Positions 46,448 through 55,605 of a DNA stretch of 64,000 bases are shown here, in pieces. Origin of the DNA: a virus; the IMG/VR virus record IMGVR_UViG_3300021389_000005, positions 32,001 through 96,000 of that record; one strand, written 5' to 3'. The position numbers were made by a program, and so were the translations under genes. The notes under the pieces are model-generated. The model was not told where the DNA came from and did no database searches. It saw nothing but the letters and a program-made list of their open reading frames with translations. How positions within the stretch are numbered: position 1 is the stretch's first letter; each line of letters starts with the position of its first letter.

Positions 46448-46885
46448 ATGGCAGCAAACGACAAAATATTTAATAATTCATTCGACTCACCCGACTTCGA
46501 ATTAACAGACATAACTTTTGATTTAGATCCATCTTTTAAAGATAATCGAGATGAAGAAATAAAAATTCATTTCGAAATGATATCTACTAAGATTCATGAA
46601 CTAATTGAAACATCTAGATTTAAAAGCTTTAATAAAGTAGATGATTTGGGAAGATGTAATAAACTAAAGAAATCTGATATCAACGATGTATACGGATATA
46701 TCTCAGACGAGATGGCTGCTAAATTTAGCCGTATAGATTTATTCAGTGAACTTTGTGTTTATTTCGATATTAACCCAACCAAATTTTATAGCTCGCTCTC
46801 TAACGTATATAAAGAAGATCTTATACAAGAATTAGATAAGAAAACAGGAATTTTAGGAAAAAAGAACATTAATAAATTATTTTAA
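46448..46885 (+). CDS. Putative late-transcription coactivator (gp33-like)
   Basis: C-terminal IDLFSELC.YFDI......LS..YKEDLIQE...KLF parallels the gp33 pattern ID...C....I.......S...KE.L..E. Confidence 0.5.
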   Translation: MAANDKIFNNSFDSPDFELTDITFDLDPSFKDNRDEEIKIHFEMISTKIHELIETSRFKSFNKVDDLGRCNKLKKSDINDVYGYISDEMAAKFSRIDLFSELCVYFDINPTKFYSSLSNVYKEDLIQELDKKTGILGKKNINKLF

Positions 46886-48000
46886 TGATTGATCAAAAGA
46901 CGTTAGGTCAAGAGGTCAATAGAGTTTGGGTTCTTGGCGATTTACATTTTGGTGTAAGAGCCAATTCAATGGAGTGGTTAGATATTCAAAAAGATTTCTT
47001 TGAGAATTTATTTATACCTACATTAAAGGAACACGTAAAGCCTGGAGATGTTCTAGTACAAGTAGGCGATACATTTGATAATAGACAATCAATCAATATC
47101 AAAGTATTAAATTATGCAGTTAATCTATTTGAAAGACTAGGTGAAATATTGCCAGTCCATATTATATGTGGTAATCACGATATATGGGCTAAAAAATCGA
47201 ATGAGATAACATCAATCGATAGTTTAAAATGGATTCCTAATGTTCAAATCTATAAAGAACCTGAATTATTAAATTGGAATAATAGAAAGATATTAATGAT
47301 GCCATGGAGAAGAGACGCAGAGCATGAAACTCAAACTCTAGCAGATTTCCCACAAACAGATATTGTATTTTGTCATTCTGAGGTTAAGGGCATTTATCTT
47401 AACGCTAAAGTTAAGAACGAACATGGTACAGATTCTAATGTATATGATAAATACACACGAGTATACTCAGGACACATCCACTTTAGACAAGAACGTGGTA
47501 AGTTATTAATGGTTGGAACACCATATCAGTTGACCAGATCTGACGCAAATAACTCTAAGGGCTTTGATCTTGTAGATTTATCAAATATGGAAGAATCATT
47601 TTTTGAGAATCATATTTCCCCCAAATTTCTTAAGTACAATGTAACACAATTATTTGACATTACTTTAGGAACGTTCAAATCACAAATTAAAAATAATTTT
47701 GTTGATTTATTTGTACCCAGCCAGATAGCTACGACAAATGCACTTAGTCAATTGATTAATAAAATACAACACATTAGTCGTAAATTAGAGCCAAATATTT
47801 ATCAAGAAGAAAATTACATTGATAAAGACTTTCATGACATAGAAGAAATAGAAGAGATGTATAAAAATTACAATATCTTAAATCTATGTGATATGTATGT
47901 TGATAGCATTGGCGATGATGAAGAGATGAAACAAAAGCTTAAAGCAAAGTTAAAACAATTGTACACTCAATGTGCATACAACTACGATACTGAAGCATGA
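46885..48000 (+). CDS. gp47: Recombination endonuclease subunit (Mre11/SbcD-like)
   Basis: GDLHFG, GDTFDNR, GNHD, SGHIH, GTPYQ. Confidence 0.92.
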   Translation: MIDQKTLGQEVNRVWVLGDLHFGVRANSMEWLDIQKDFFENLFIPTLKEHVKPGDVLVQVGDTFDNRQSINIKVLNYAVNLFERLGEILPVHIICGNHDIWAKKSNEITSIDSLKWIPNVQIYKEPELLNWNNRKILMMPWRRDAEHETQTLADFPQTDIVFCHSEVKGIYLNAKVKNEHGTDSNVYDKYTRVYSGHIHFRQERGKLLMVGTPYQLTRSDANNSKGFDLVDLSNMEESFFENHISPKFLKYNVTQLFDITLGTFKSQIKNNFVDLFVPSQIATTNALSQLINKIQHISRKLEPNIYQEENYIDKDFHDIEEIEEMYKNYNILNLCDMYVDSIGDDEEMKQKLKAKLKQLYTQCAYNYDTEA

Positions 48001-49667
48001 GAATAGATTTTATAGAATTTAAGAACTTTGCAAGTTATGGAAACCAATTACAGAGAATAGATTTTGAAAAAACAAATTCAGAATTATTCTTAACACTTGG
48101 TAAAAACGGTGATGGTAAAACTACTATTGCTAACGCCATGATATATGCTCTTTATGGTAAAGTAGAAGGTGTTAAATTATCAGATTTACCAAACAGAATT
48201 AACAAAGAACTTTACGTACGTATAGGTTTAAAATGCGGTGCGCTTCACATAGAAATAGAAAGAGGTTTAATGCCAAATAAATTTAGTGTTAAATTAAATG
48301 GAGTTGAATTCGATAAGGCAGGTAAAAAATCTGTACAGGACTATTTAGAAGAAGAGGTATTTGGTATTCCATATCATGTATTTAAAAACATAATTATTTT
48401 ATCAGTAAATGATTTTAAATCATTTTTAACGATGTCTAATCAAGATAAAAAACAAATTATCGATAAGATGTTTGGTTTTTCTATTCTTAATGATATGCAG
48501 CGTCAAATAAAGGACGAGCGTAGACAAGTTAAGATGGATATTGATTCATATGAAAGTGAACTTAATGAAATAATGAATTCTATTGGCTCTGTTAGAGGCA
48601 GACTTAACACACTTCTAGAAGAATCAAACACTGCTAATAAATCAAAAATAGAAGAATTAAAAACAAGTTTATTATCACTGAAATCTAGCGTAGAAACACT
48701 AGACACAGAGCGAACTAGTGCTGAAGGTGAAATGAATAAATTCAACACACAATATAACGATAAACATTCTGACGCTAAAGATATTAAAAGAGAAATAGAT
48801 TATCTAAATAAAAAACTCAAACTGTATGAAAGCGGTCATTGTCCAACATGTGAAACCAAATTAGATTCAGAATGGCACACAAACCAAAAGTGTGAATTTG
48901 AAGAAAATATCAAAACTAACATGGACAGTATCAAATCTCTTAAAACAGAGATGGATGTTTTATCAGAAAAGGTAACAGATGCAAGATACGCTAAACTAGA
49001 TTTAGAAGGACAAATATCAGATCACAAGGTCACAATGCGTGGACTTAAAGAAGAACTAATGAAATTAAAGAATACTTCAGGTGGTAAAGACTTTGATCAT
49101 TTAAGAAATCTTATTACTGAGTTCGAAGAAAAAGAAGCTACTAAATCCAAAAGCAAAGACACTTTAAATGGTGATTATAGTTTTATGGAAGTAGTAGAAC
49201 AAATATTAGGAGAGGACGGAGTTAAAAACTTAGCTGTTAAGACTATTTTACCAGGACTTAATACCAATATCGCTGCGATGGCACAAACAATGCACTTACC
49301 GTTTCATATTAGATTTGATGAGAAGTTCAATTGTATTATTAATCATTTAGGCGAGGACATTAATCCAATGACTTTATCTACAGGTGAGAGAAAGAAAGCA
49401 GATTTTATTATTATCATTGCGATCATCAAAATACTTAAATTAAGATTTCCGCAATTAAATATGTTATTCTTAGATGAATTATTATCATCAGTTGATCATG
49501 ACGGTGTTTACAATATACTTAAGATATTAAATCAGGTAATTAAAGAAAATAAGATCAATACGTTTGTGATCAATCACACAGTATTGCCACATGAAATCTT
49601 TGATAAAAAGATTCAGATATACAGAGAAAATGGCTTTTCAAAATTATCTATAGAAAGCATAGAATAA
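47997..49667 (+). CDS. gp46: Recombination ATPase subunit (Rad50/SbcC-like)
   Basis: FKNFASYG, GKNGDGKT, coiled coil with CPTC hook, LSTGE, LFLDE. Confidence 0.93.
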   Translation: MRIDFIEFKNFASYGNQLQRIDFEKTNSELFLTLGKNGDGKTTIANAMIYALYGKVEGVKLSDLPNRINKELYVRIGLKCGALHIEIERGLMPNKFSVKLNGVEFDKAGKKSVQDYLEEEVFGIPYHVFKNIIILSVNDFKSFLTMSNQDKKQIIDKMFGFSILNDMQRQIKDERRQVKMDIDSYESELNEIMNSIGSVRGRLNTLLEESNTANKSKIEELKTSLLSLKSSVETLDTERTSAEGEMNKFNTQYNDKHSDAKDIKREIDYLNKKLKLYESGHCPTCETKLDSEWHTNQKCEFEENIKTNMDSIKSLKTEMDVLSEKVTDARYAKLDLEGQISDHKVTMRGLKEELMKLKNTSGGKDFDHLRNLITEFEEKEATKSKSKDTLNGDYSFMEVVEQILGEDGVKNLAVKTILPGLNTNIAAMAQTMHLPFHIRFDEKFNCIINHLGEDINPMTLSTGERKKADFIIIIAIIKILKLRFPQLNMLFLDELLSSVDHDGVYNILKILNQVIKENKINTFVINHTVLPHEIFDKKIQIYRENGFSKLSIESIE

Positions 49668-49711
49668 TATTATGATATATAGAATAACTATTAAATATAC
49701 AATTTAACTAA

Positions 49712-50767
49712 GTGGCTACGTATAATCTCAAATACAACAAAGACGATAGTGTTATCAGGCATATTATTATAGGTCTATTAGCAGATCTTAATAGTAAATT
49801 AAGTTTTAAAAGACAATTAAGCAATGATAATAGAGTTATCATTGACGTGCCGTTTTTTTATTCGGTAAGCGGTGATGAGAACTTTTTAAAAGATGCTTTT
49901 TTATTTTCTAATGCTAACGGAATTGGGTGTGATCCAGATGGAGAATATGCAGATGGAAATTATGATAAAGTACCAAGAGGTATTGTAAACTTAACTTCAT
50001 TTGCTGTAGATCCTTCTAAATTAGTTAATAAAAGAAATTTAGGTAACTACAATAGGATCAATGATGAAGGATTTATGGAAGGATTTGTTGCAGAATTTCA
50101 AATGATTCCAGTTGTCGTAGGTGTCGACATTGAAATTTTAGTTTCTAGTCAGTTAGATTTATTTAAAGTAACTGAAGCATTAATTAAAAAAATGTATAAG
50201 GCTAATTTCTATCATGTAGATGCTGGTCATATTGAAGACGGAACTTATAGAATAAGCTCTCAATATATGATGCCAGATGATTACACACAAGAAAGACCAG
50301 TTGAATATGGTTTTGACGATAAGGGTAATCATAAAGTAACATTCTCACTAGAGATAAACTCATTTCTCCCTGACTTTAATTTTGAAGAAGATCAAATTAG
50401 AAAATACACTACAGATTACTTTGCACTTGGTGCAATTGGTGATTATGTAGATCCTAATGGATTTATTTCAGGCGTATCAGTTGGTCACATATATTGTGAT
50501 AATGGAACAGGTGCAAAATGGGAATATAATGGAACAGCTTGGATTCAAATAGGTATATGTGGAGATGACGAGAATCAAAACCTTGGTGAGAAACTAGAAA
50601 CAAAAGAAGAGGTTGTTAATGTAACCAGAAGAAGAAAACAAAGTAACAGAATGTTTACACTTGGTAACTCTTCAATAAACTTAGAAGATAAGCTAACAGA
50701 TCAAGAAAGAACAATGTTAGGCGATAATTATAAGGTCACAGGACGTGACTTACCATTCAAAGAATAA
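49712..50767 (+). CDS. gp15: Tail sheath stabilizer/terminator (gp15-like)
   Basis: IRHII....F, I.VPF.Y, VPRG, D.SK, PV.V..D.EI; late motif at 49674; GTG start. Confidence 0.65.
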   Translation: MATYNLKYNKDDSVIRHIIIGLLADLNSKLSFKRQLSNDNRVIIDVPFFYSVSGDENFLKDAFLFSNANGIGCDPDGEYADGNYDKVPRGIVNLTSFAVDPSKLVNKRNLGNYNRINDEGFMEGFVAEFQMIPVVVGVDIEILVSSQLDLFKVTEALIKKMYKANFYHVDAGHIEDGTYRISSQYMMPDDYTQERPVEYGFDDKGNHKVTFSLEINSFLPDFNFEEDQIRKYTTDYFALGAIGDYVDPNGFISGVSVGHIYCDNGTGAKWEYNGTAWIQIGICGDDENQNLGEKLETKEEVVNVTRRRKQSNRMFTLGNSSINLEDKLTDQERTMLGDNYKVTGRDLPFKE

Positions 50768-50806
50768 TAGAATGATATATAAAGTAAATAAAAAATCTTA
50801 AACAAG

Positions 50807-51994
50807 ATGGCAAAATTAAATAAAAACATTATTTCACCAGTATTAGAGCATACAAACGGGTATGTTTTCAACGTTGCTGGCCAAAATTTCAAAGTAGTTG
50901 GGAGCCACATAGGTATGTTCAACGAATCAAATTCGGCTTTTGCAGATTTACTTTCTGGTCAGAAAATGTTTAACATCAGTGAAAACACTGTTGATTTCAT
51001 ATATGACTATAATAGAAAAAGCATAGTTTCTTCAATAGACGAAAATGCATTCGATAACTTTAATAAAACACTCGAGGCTCAAGAAAAATTAGCGTTTCTA
51101 AAAGAAAGTACTAAAACCGTAAAACTAGGAGGAGGATCTAGCGCAGATGCTTTAAACGAAGCAAAGAATGAAGTGGCTCTTTTAGAAGCATTTCTTTCTA
51201 CAATGAATAAATCTCCTAGAGGAATAAAGTTTACATACAACGTTAACGAAAATAGATATTTTGCAAATAACGTTGAGTTATTAAATCACAGTAATTCTAT
51301 AGTAGAAACAATCGTAGCTTCAGGTTATATCAAATACCAAGACAAATCATTATTTAGTTTATTTGAAAATACTTGTAAAAACCACGGATCTTACAAAAGA
51401 TTAGATTTTTTAGTAGAATCAAGAAATAACAACATATCTGTTACTACTATGAAGGCAGGTCACAACGTGTATGTTTGGAGAATGAATGAAACTACGACTC
51501 TTGGTAAATTTAGTAAATTTTTACCTGACACTGCAATAGAATACGTATCAGAACAAACAGGAGCTGATGTAACATATTTAGTTGAAGATTTATTAGAATC
51601 TTTTTCAGAAAGAAGAGAAGCTAAAAGAAATAAGATTTCGCTAATGCATGAAATGATTGCTTTCTTAAAGGATCAAAAGGGTAGAATTGCAGAAGCAGAC
51701 AGAAATCTTCCAGATATTAAAGCAGCTGATCAGTTGATCAATACAGAAATCACTAGATTAAGTGAAGAACTTACAGACGCACAAAACGAAGAATTACTTG
51801 GACTTTCTGATGGTTATTTAGATGCTACAGTTTCTAGAGAAGCAGAAGGTTTAAAAGAAGGTGATCCAATTAAAGTAGATGCAGTAGAATATGCTTCAGC
51901 TGGAAAAGATGACACATTAACTGTTTTTGCAAACGACGAGCCTCTTAGAATTGAGAAATTCAAAGTTGCCTTAGAAGCAGGTGCAGGAGTTTAA
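50807..51994 (+). CDS. Hypothetical late protein
   Basis: 395 aa with a coiled coil; GATATATA at 50774. Confidence 0.5.
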   Translation: MAKLNKNIISPVLEHTNGYVFNVAGQNFKVVGSHIGMFNESNSAFADLLSGQKMFNISENTVDFIYDYNRKSIVSSIDENAFDNFNKTLEAQEKLAFLKESTKTVKLGGGSSADALNEAKNEVALLEAFLSTMNKSPRGIKFTYNVNENRYFANNVELLNHSNSIVETIVASGYIKYQDKSLFSLFENTCKNHGSYKRLDFLVESRNNNISVTTMKAGHNVYVWRMNETTTLGKFSKFLPDTAIEYVSEQTGADVTYLVEDLLESFSERREAKRNKISLMHEMIAFLKDQKGRIAEADRNLPDIKAADQLINTEITRLSEELTDAQNEELLGLSDGYLDATVSREAEGLKEGDPIKVDAVEYASAGKDDTLTVFANDEPLRIEKFKVALEAGAGV

Positions 51995-52017
51995 TACTCA
52001 TATATAAATTATTAATT

Positions 52018-52048
52018 AAAGCCCGTTTGGAAACAAATGGGCTTTTTT
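52018..52048 (+). terminator. Intrinsic terminator overlapping the gp55 promoter
   Basis: AAAGCCCGTTTG-GAAA-CAAATGGGCTTT plus T run. Confidence 0.8.
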
Positions 52049-52057
52049 GTGTATAAA
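52030..52057 (+). promoter_or_regulatory. GAAAC-N17-TATAAA promoter for gp55
   Basis: Motif match. Confidence 0.6.
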
Positions 52058-52077
52058 CTTAAACTAAAAGGAATTAA

Positions 52078-52455
52078 ATGCCTAGAAAAAAGAATTACCT
52101 CAATAACAAAGATCTTTATAACGCAATAGTAGAATCTAAAGATCAAGATAAGTTAACACCTACAGCAGAGAAGATGTTAATATTACTTGCAGAAAGAGCA
52201 ATAAATAAATTAACATACGTAAATAGCGACGATAGAGATGATTGCTTACAATTTGCCATGTTAGATTTACTAAAATACTGGCGTAATTTCAATCCCAAGT
52301 ATACTAATGCATTTGCATATTTTACAGAGATAGCAAAAAGAGGATATGCTAAAGGTTGGAATAAAATACACCCACAAAAATATAAAAACACACTTTCTAT
52401 GGATAAGATTTCTTCAAAGGATTCTAGTGGAGACGGTGGAATGTTCAATATCTAA
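52078..52455 (+). CDS. gp55: Late-transcription sigma factor (gp55-like)
   Basis: NYLNNKDL, LAER, NFNP..TNAFAYFTEI. Confidence 0.85.
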   Translation: MPRKKNYLNNKDLYNAIVESKDQDKLTPTAEKMLILLAERAINKLTYVNSDDRDDCLQFAMLDLLKYWRNFNPKYTNAFAYFTEIAKRGYAKGWNKIHPQKYKNTLSMDKISSKDSSGDGGMFNI

Positions 52456-52928
52456 TGTCAATAAAAAATGTCAAGCCAACTAATAATTCAGGATTTGTAC
52501 AAGGATATTTTATTCCAACAAACCCAGAAAAATATATTGGCCCGACACCCATTATATACAGATCATCTTGGGAAAGAAAGTTCATGATAATGTGTGATAC
52601 TAAAGATAATGTCGTTAAGTGGGCAAGCGAGCCTGTTGAGATTAAGTATATATGGTCTTTTGATAAAAGAGAACATAAGTATTATCCTGACTTCTATATG
52701 AAAACAAAAACAGAAGAAGGTTTTGAAGAGTTTCTAGTTGAAATAAAACCCGAAGCTCAGATAAAAAAACCCCAGCCTCCTAAAAAAAGAAGCAAGGGTG
52801 CCATTAAATCATATAAGTTTTTAGCAGAACAGTATGTTAAGAATATGGATAAATATAAGTACGCCAGAGCTTGGTCAGAAAACCGAGGATGGAGATTTAT
52901 CGTACTTACAGAAAAGTCACTTAAATAA
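52455..52928 (+). CDS. gp4: Head completion nuclease (TnsA-like)
   Basis: NPEKY.G, YRSSWE, WASE, YYPDF, VEIKP, F.VLTE. Confidence 0.9.
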   Translation: MSIKNVKPTNNSGFVQGYFIPTNPEKYIGPTPIIYRSSWERKFMIMCDTKDNVVKWASEPVEIKYIWSFDKREHKYYPDFYMKTKTEEGFEEFLVEIKPEAQIKKPQPPKKRSKGAIKSYKFLAEQYVKNMDKYKYARAWSENRGWRFIVLTEKSLK

Positions 52929-53521
52929 TGGGTCAAATTAAAAAGGACATAAAACAATTATCTAAAAATGCCGGTAGCATGAATAAAGCTATTAATGAGG
53001 CTAAAAAATGGTTTGATAAAGGCAAGACAAAAAGTATCGCAGATACTCGTAGGCCATTTGAACCGGGTAAGATATATGTCTTTGAATATAAAAAACCTAA
53101 ACACATTGACAGGATCGCATGGTTTGATGCTAATCCTGTTGTTCTAGCATTAGATCCAACAGATTTTGGAAACGATTGTGGCATTAACTTAAACCTTTTA
53201 CCCCCTAAAATTAAAGAAGATTTATTGGATTTTGTATATGAACAAATGAAAGGACAAATAGAGAATCAAAAAAAGGGAGGTACTGCAGATAACGCAAAAA
53301 AACAAAGTGAACTTAAGTTTACATATGAAGGTGCAAAGAGATTTTTAAAAGATTATGGTTTTGATTTTGCAATAAGACAGTATATTCCAAACCTTAAGTC
53401 AAATCAAAAAGTTGTTTCCTATGAAAGTTGGGCGAAGATAGCGATTTTAGACTTTGCAGACATAAATGGTAGCGACTTGAATAAGATCCAGGAAGCATTT
53501 AGAAACCACTTAAAGAAATGA
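52928..53521 (+). CDS. gp2: DNA end protector protein
   Basis: PGKIYVFEY, WFD..P.V, GINLNLLPP, IRQY. Confidence 0.8.
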   Translation: MGQIKKDIKQLSKNAGSMNKAINEAKKWFDKGKTKSIADTRRPFEPGKIYVFEYKKPKHIDRIAWFDANPVVLALDPTDFGNDCGINLNLLPPKIKEDLLDFVYEQMKGQIENQKKGGTADNAKKQSELKFTYEGAKRFLKDYGFDFAIRQYIPNLKSNQKVVSYESWAKIAILDFADINGSDLNKIQEAFRNHLKK

Positions 53522-53551
53522 GATATATAAAACATAACATAAATTAAAAGT

Positions 53552-55150
53552 ATGGCAGGATTTACAGAAAAAAGAAACGGGCCATTGAGCGTCAATACAA
53601 AACCGTTTAGCCTCTCAAGCGCACTTAAAACCTTGAGTAGCTTCGGTATGCGCTATGATGATTTAGTACTTAGACAGTCACAAGCCATTGGTCCAATGGA
53701 GGACCAGATCGGTTATGGGGAAATGAACCCATTCGGTTTCGACAACGATGATATTTACGGAGCATTTGCAGCAATGTCAATGACCGATATTAATCTTAAG
53801 AAGAATATACCATTCTTTGATAAAGATTACATAAGTAAGAGAGATGAATTGAGAAGATTCTCAACCAACGATGAGATCGAAGATATTTTAGATATTCTTT
53901 GTGATGAGACTATAGTATACGATGAGAAGAATTTCTTCGCTCAACCTGAAGTTTTAGGACTTGATATATCTGATAAAGTAAATAAAGACCTTAACAGATA
54001 TTTCAGACAGATCTATCACTACTTTGGTTTTACAGAAGATCAATCAGCATGGTACTATTATAGAAAATTCTTAATAGACGGTTACTTATCATTTGAGATA
54101 ATTTATTCCCCAGACCAAAAAGAGATTATAGGTTTTAAAGAACTTGATCCTGTTACGTTAATCCCTGGATATAATAACGACGATGGTAAAAAAGTTTGGG
54201 TACAATATAAAGATGATCCAGTAAAAGAAAGAAAGCTTTATGATTCACAGATCATATACATATCTTATTCTTCTATTACAACAGCATCGAGAGTCTCTTA
54301 CTTAGAAAGATTAGTAAGAGCATTTAACCTACTTAGAATTATGGAACACACTAGAGTGATCTGGTCTGTTACCAATGCTTCATTTAGAATGAAGTTTATT
54401 ATCCCAGTTGGTGGTAAATCTAAAACAAGAGCAAAGCAATCACTTTCTCAGTTAATGAATTCTTATAAAGAACAGGTTGATTTTGATTGGGACTCAGCTT
54501 CTCTCTCAACTGATGGTAAACCTATGCTCCAGTTTAGTAAAGAATATTGGTTACCTTCTAAAGACGGTGATTCACCAGAAATCGAAACACTTGGTGGTGA
54601 AGGTCCAGAATTAAATGATACAGAAGCACTTAAATATTTCTCAGATAAATTAAAACATGTATCTAAGATTCCGTTTAATAGATTCTTGTATGAAGATGGT
54701 GGTGGGGAATTTAACCTTGCAGCCGACGGTATGATTAGAGATGAGATCAAGTTTGGTAAATTTATTAAGCGTTTAAGATCTACATTCCAAGAAATATTAG
54801 TTAAGCCATTGTATTTACAAATCTGTTTAAAATATCCAGAATTTGTAGATGATCCACAATTTAAAACTCAAGTAGCTCTAAGATTCAACGAAGAAAATAT
54901 GTTTGCAGAAATGAAGCATATGGAAATCATGGAAAAAAGACTTGAATTTATTGGTAACATGAGAGATAGTTTAATGACAACTAATCAAGAAACTATGGAA
55001 GAAGAGTATTACTTCGACCAAGAATACCTAGTCAAAAAGTACTTAAAGCTATCTGACGACGAAATAAGATCTAACGAAGCAGCCAAAGCTGCAAAAGCTA
55101 GAGAAGAAGCAGAAGAACCAGAGGAAGAAGACGATGGAATGGGCATCTAA
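53552..55150 (+). CDS. gp20: Portal protein
   Basis: IDG, ELDP, SYLE, N.LRIME, YWLP..DG..EIETLGG, YF..KL...K.P.R, I.RDEIKF.KFI.RLR. Confidence 0.93.
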   Translation: MAGFTEKRNGPLSVNTKPFSLSSALKTLSSFGMRYDDLVLRQSQAIGPMEDQIGYGEMNPFGFDNDDIYGAFAAMSMTDINLKKNIPFFDKDYISKRDELRRFSTNDEIEDILDILCDETIVYDEKNFFAQPEVLGLDISDKVNKDLNRYFRQIYHYFGFTEDQSAWYYYRKFLIDGYLSFEIIYSPDQKEIIGFKELDPVTLIPGYNNDDGKKVWVQYKDDPVKERKLYDSQIIYISYSSITTASRVSYLERLVRAFNLLRIMEHTRVIWSVTNASFRMKFIIPVGGKSKTRAKQSLSQLMNSYKEQVDFDWDSASLSTDGKPMLQFSKEYWLPSKDGDSPEIETLGGEGPELNDTEALKYFSDKLKHVSKIPFNRFLYEDGGGEFNLAADGMIRDEIKFGKFIKRLRSTFQEILVKPLYLQICLKYPEFVDDPQFKTQVALRFNEENMFAEMKHMEIMEKRLEFIGNMRDSLMTTNQETMEEEYYFDQEYLVKKYLKLSDDEIRSNEAAKAAKAREEAEEPEEEDDGMGI

Positions 55151-55174
55151 AATAAATTGAATATATAAATTATT

Positions 55175-55543
55175 ATGAAAGTAATTAAAACAATCGAATC
55201 ATTTGCAAAAGAATCTCGCTACAATAGAGTTATTGAAGCGGCAGTAAAGGCAGGTGAAGAATCTAAAGTCTATGTCGACGATATCGATACAGACTCTGGT
55301 AAAACAGTAAAAGCTGTTGAAATCATCGGAGCTATTGCAGCTTATCCTACAGAGAAAGAATTTAAAAAGTATTTCTATGATCAATACGGAGAAAATGCAT
55401 TTGGTGAAGGTGAAATTGAAGTGATTATTAAATATTACAATGACGTCAAAGCCGAACAAGCTGAAGCTGAAAAAGAAGCTGAAAAAGAAGAAGGCGGAGA
55501 AGGTGAAGAAGGTGGTGAAGATGATCCACTGGCAGACATCTAA
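55175..55543 (+). CDS. Prohead core protein (gp67/gp68 position)
   Basis: Small, acidic tail, lies between portal and protease; starts MKVIKTIESF. Confidence 0.5.
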   Translation: MKVIKTIESFAKESRYNRVIEAAVKAGEESKVYVDDIDTDSGKTVKAVEIIGAIAAYPTEKEFKKYFYDQYGENAFGEGEIEVIIKYYNDVKAEQAEAEKEAEKEEGGEGEEGGEDDPLADI

Positions 55544-55605
55544 AGGTAATAAGATAATTACATAATAACTAAAGGATATATATTAAAAATAGAAAATCCA
55601 TAAAT

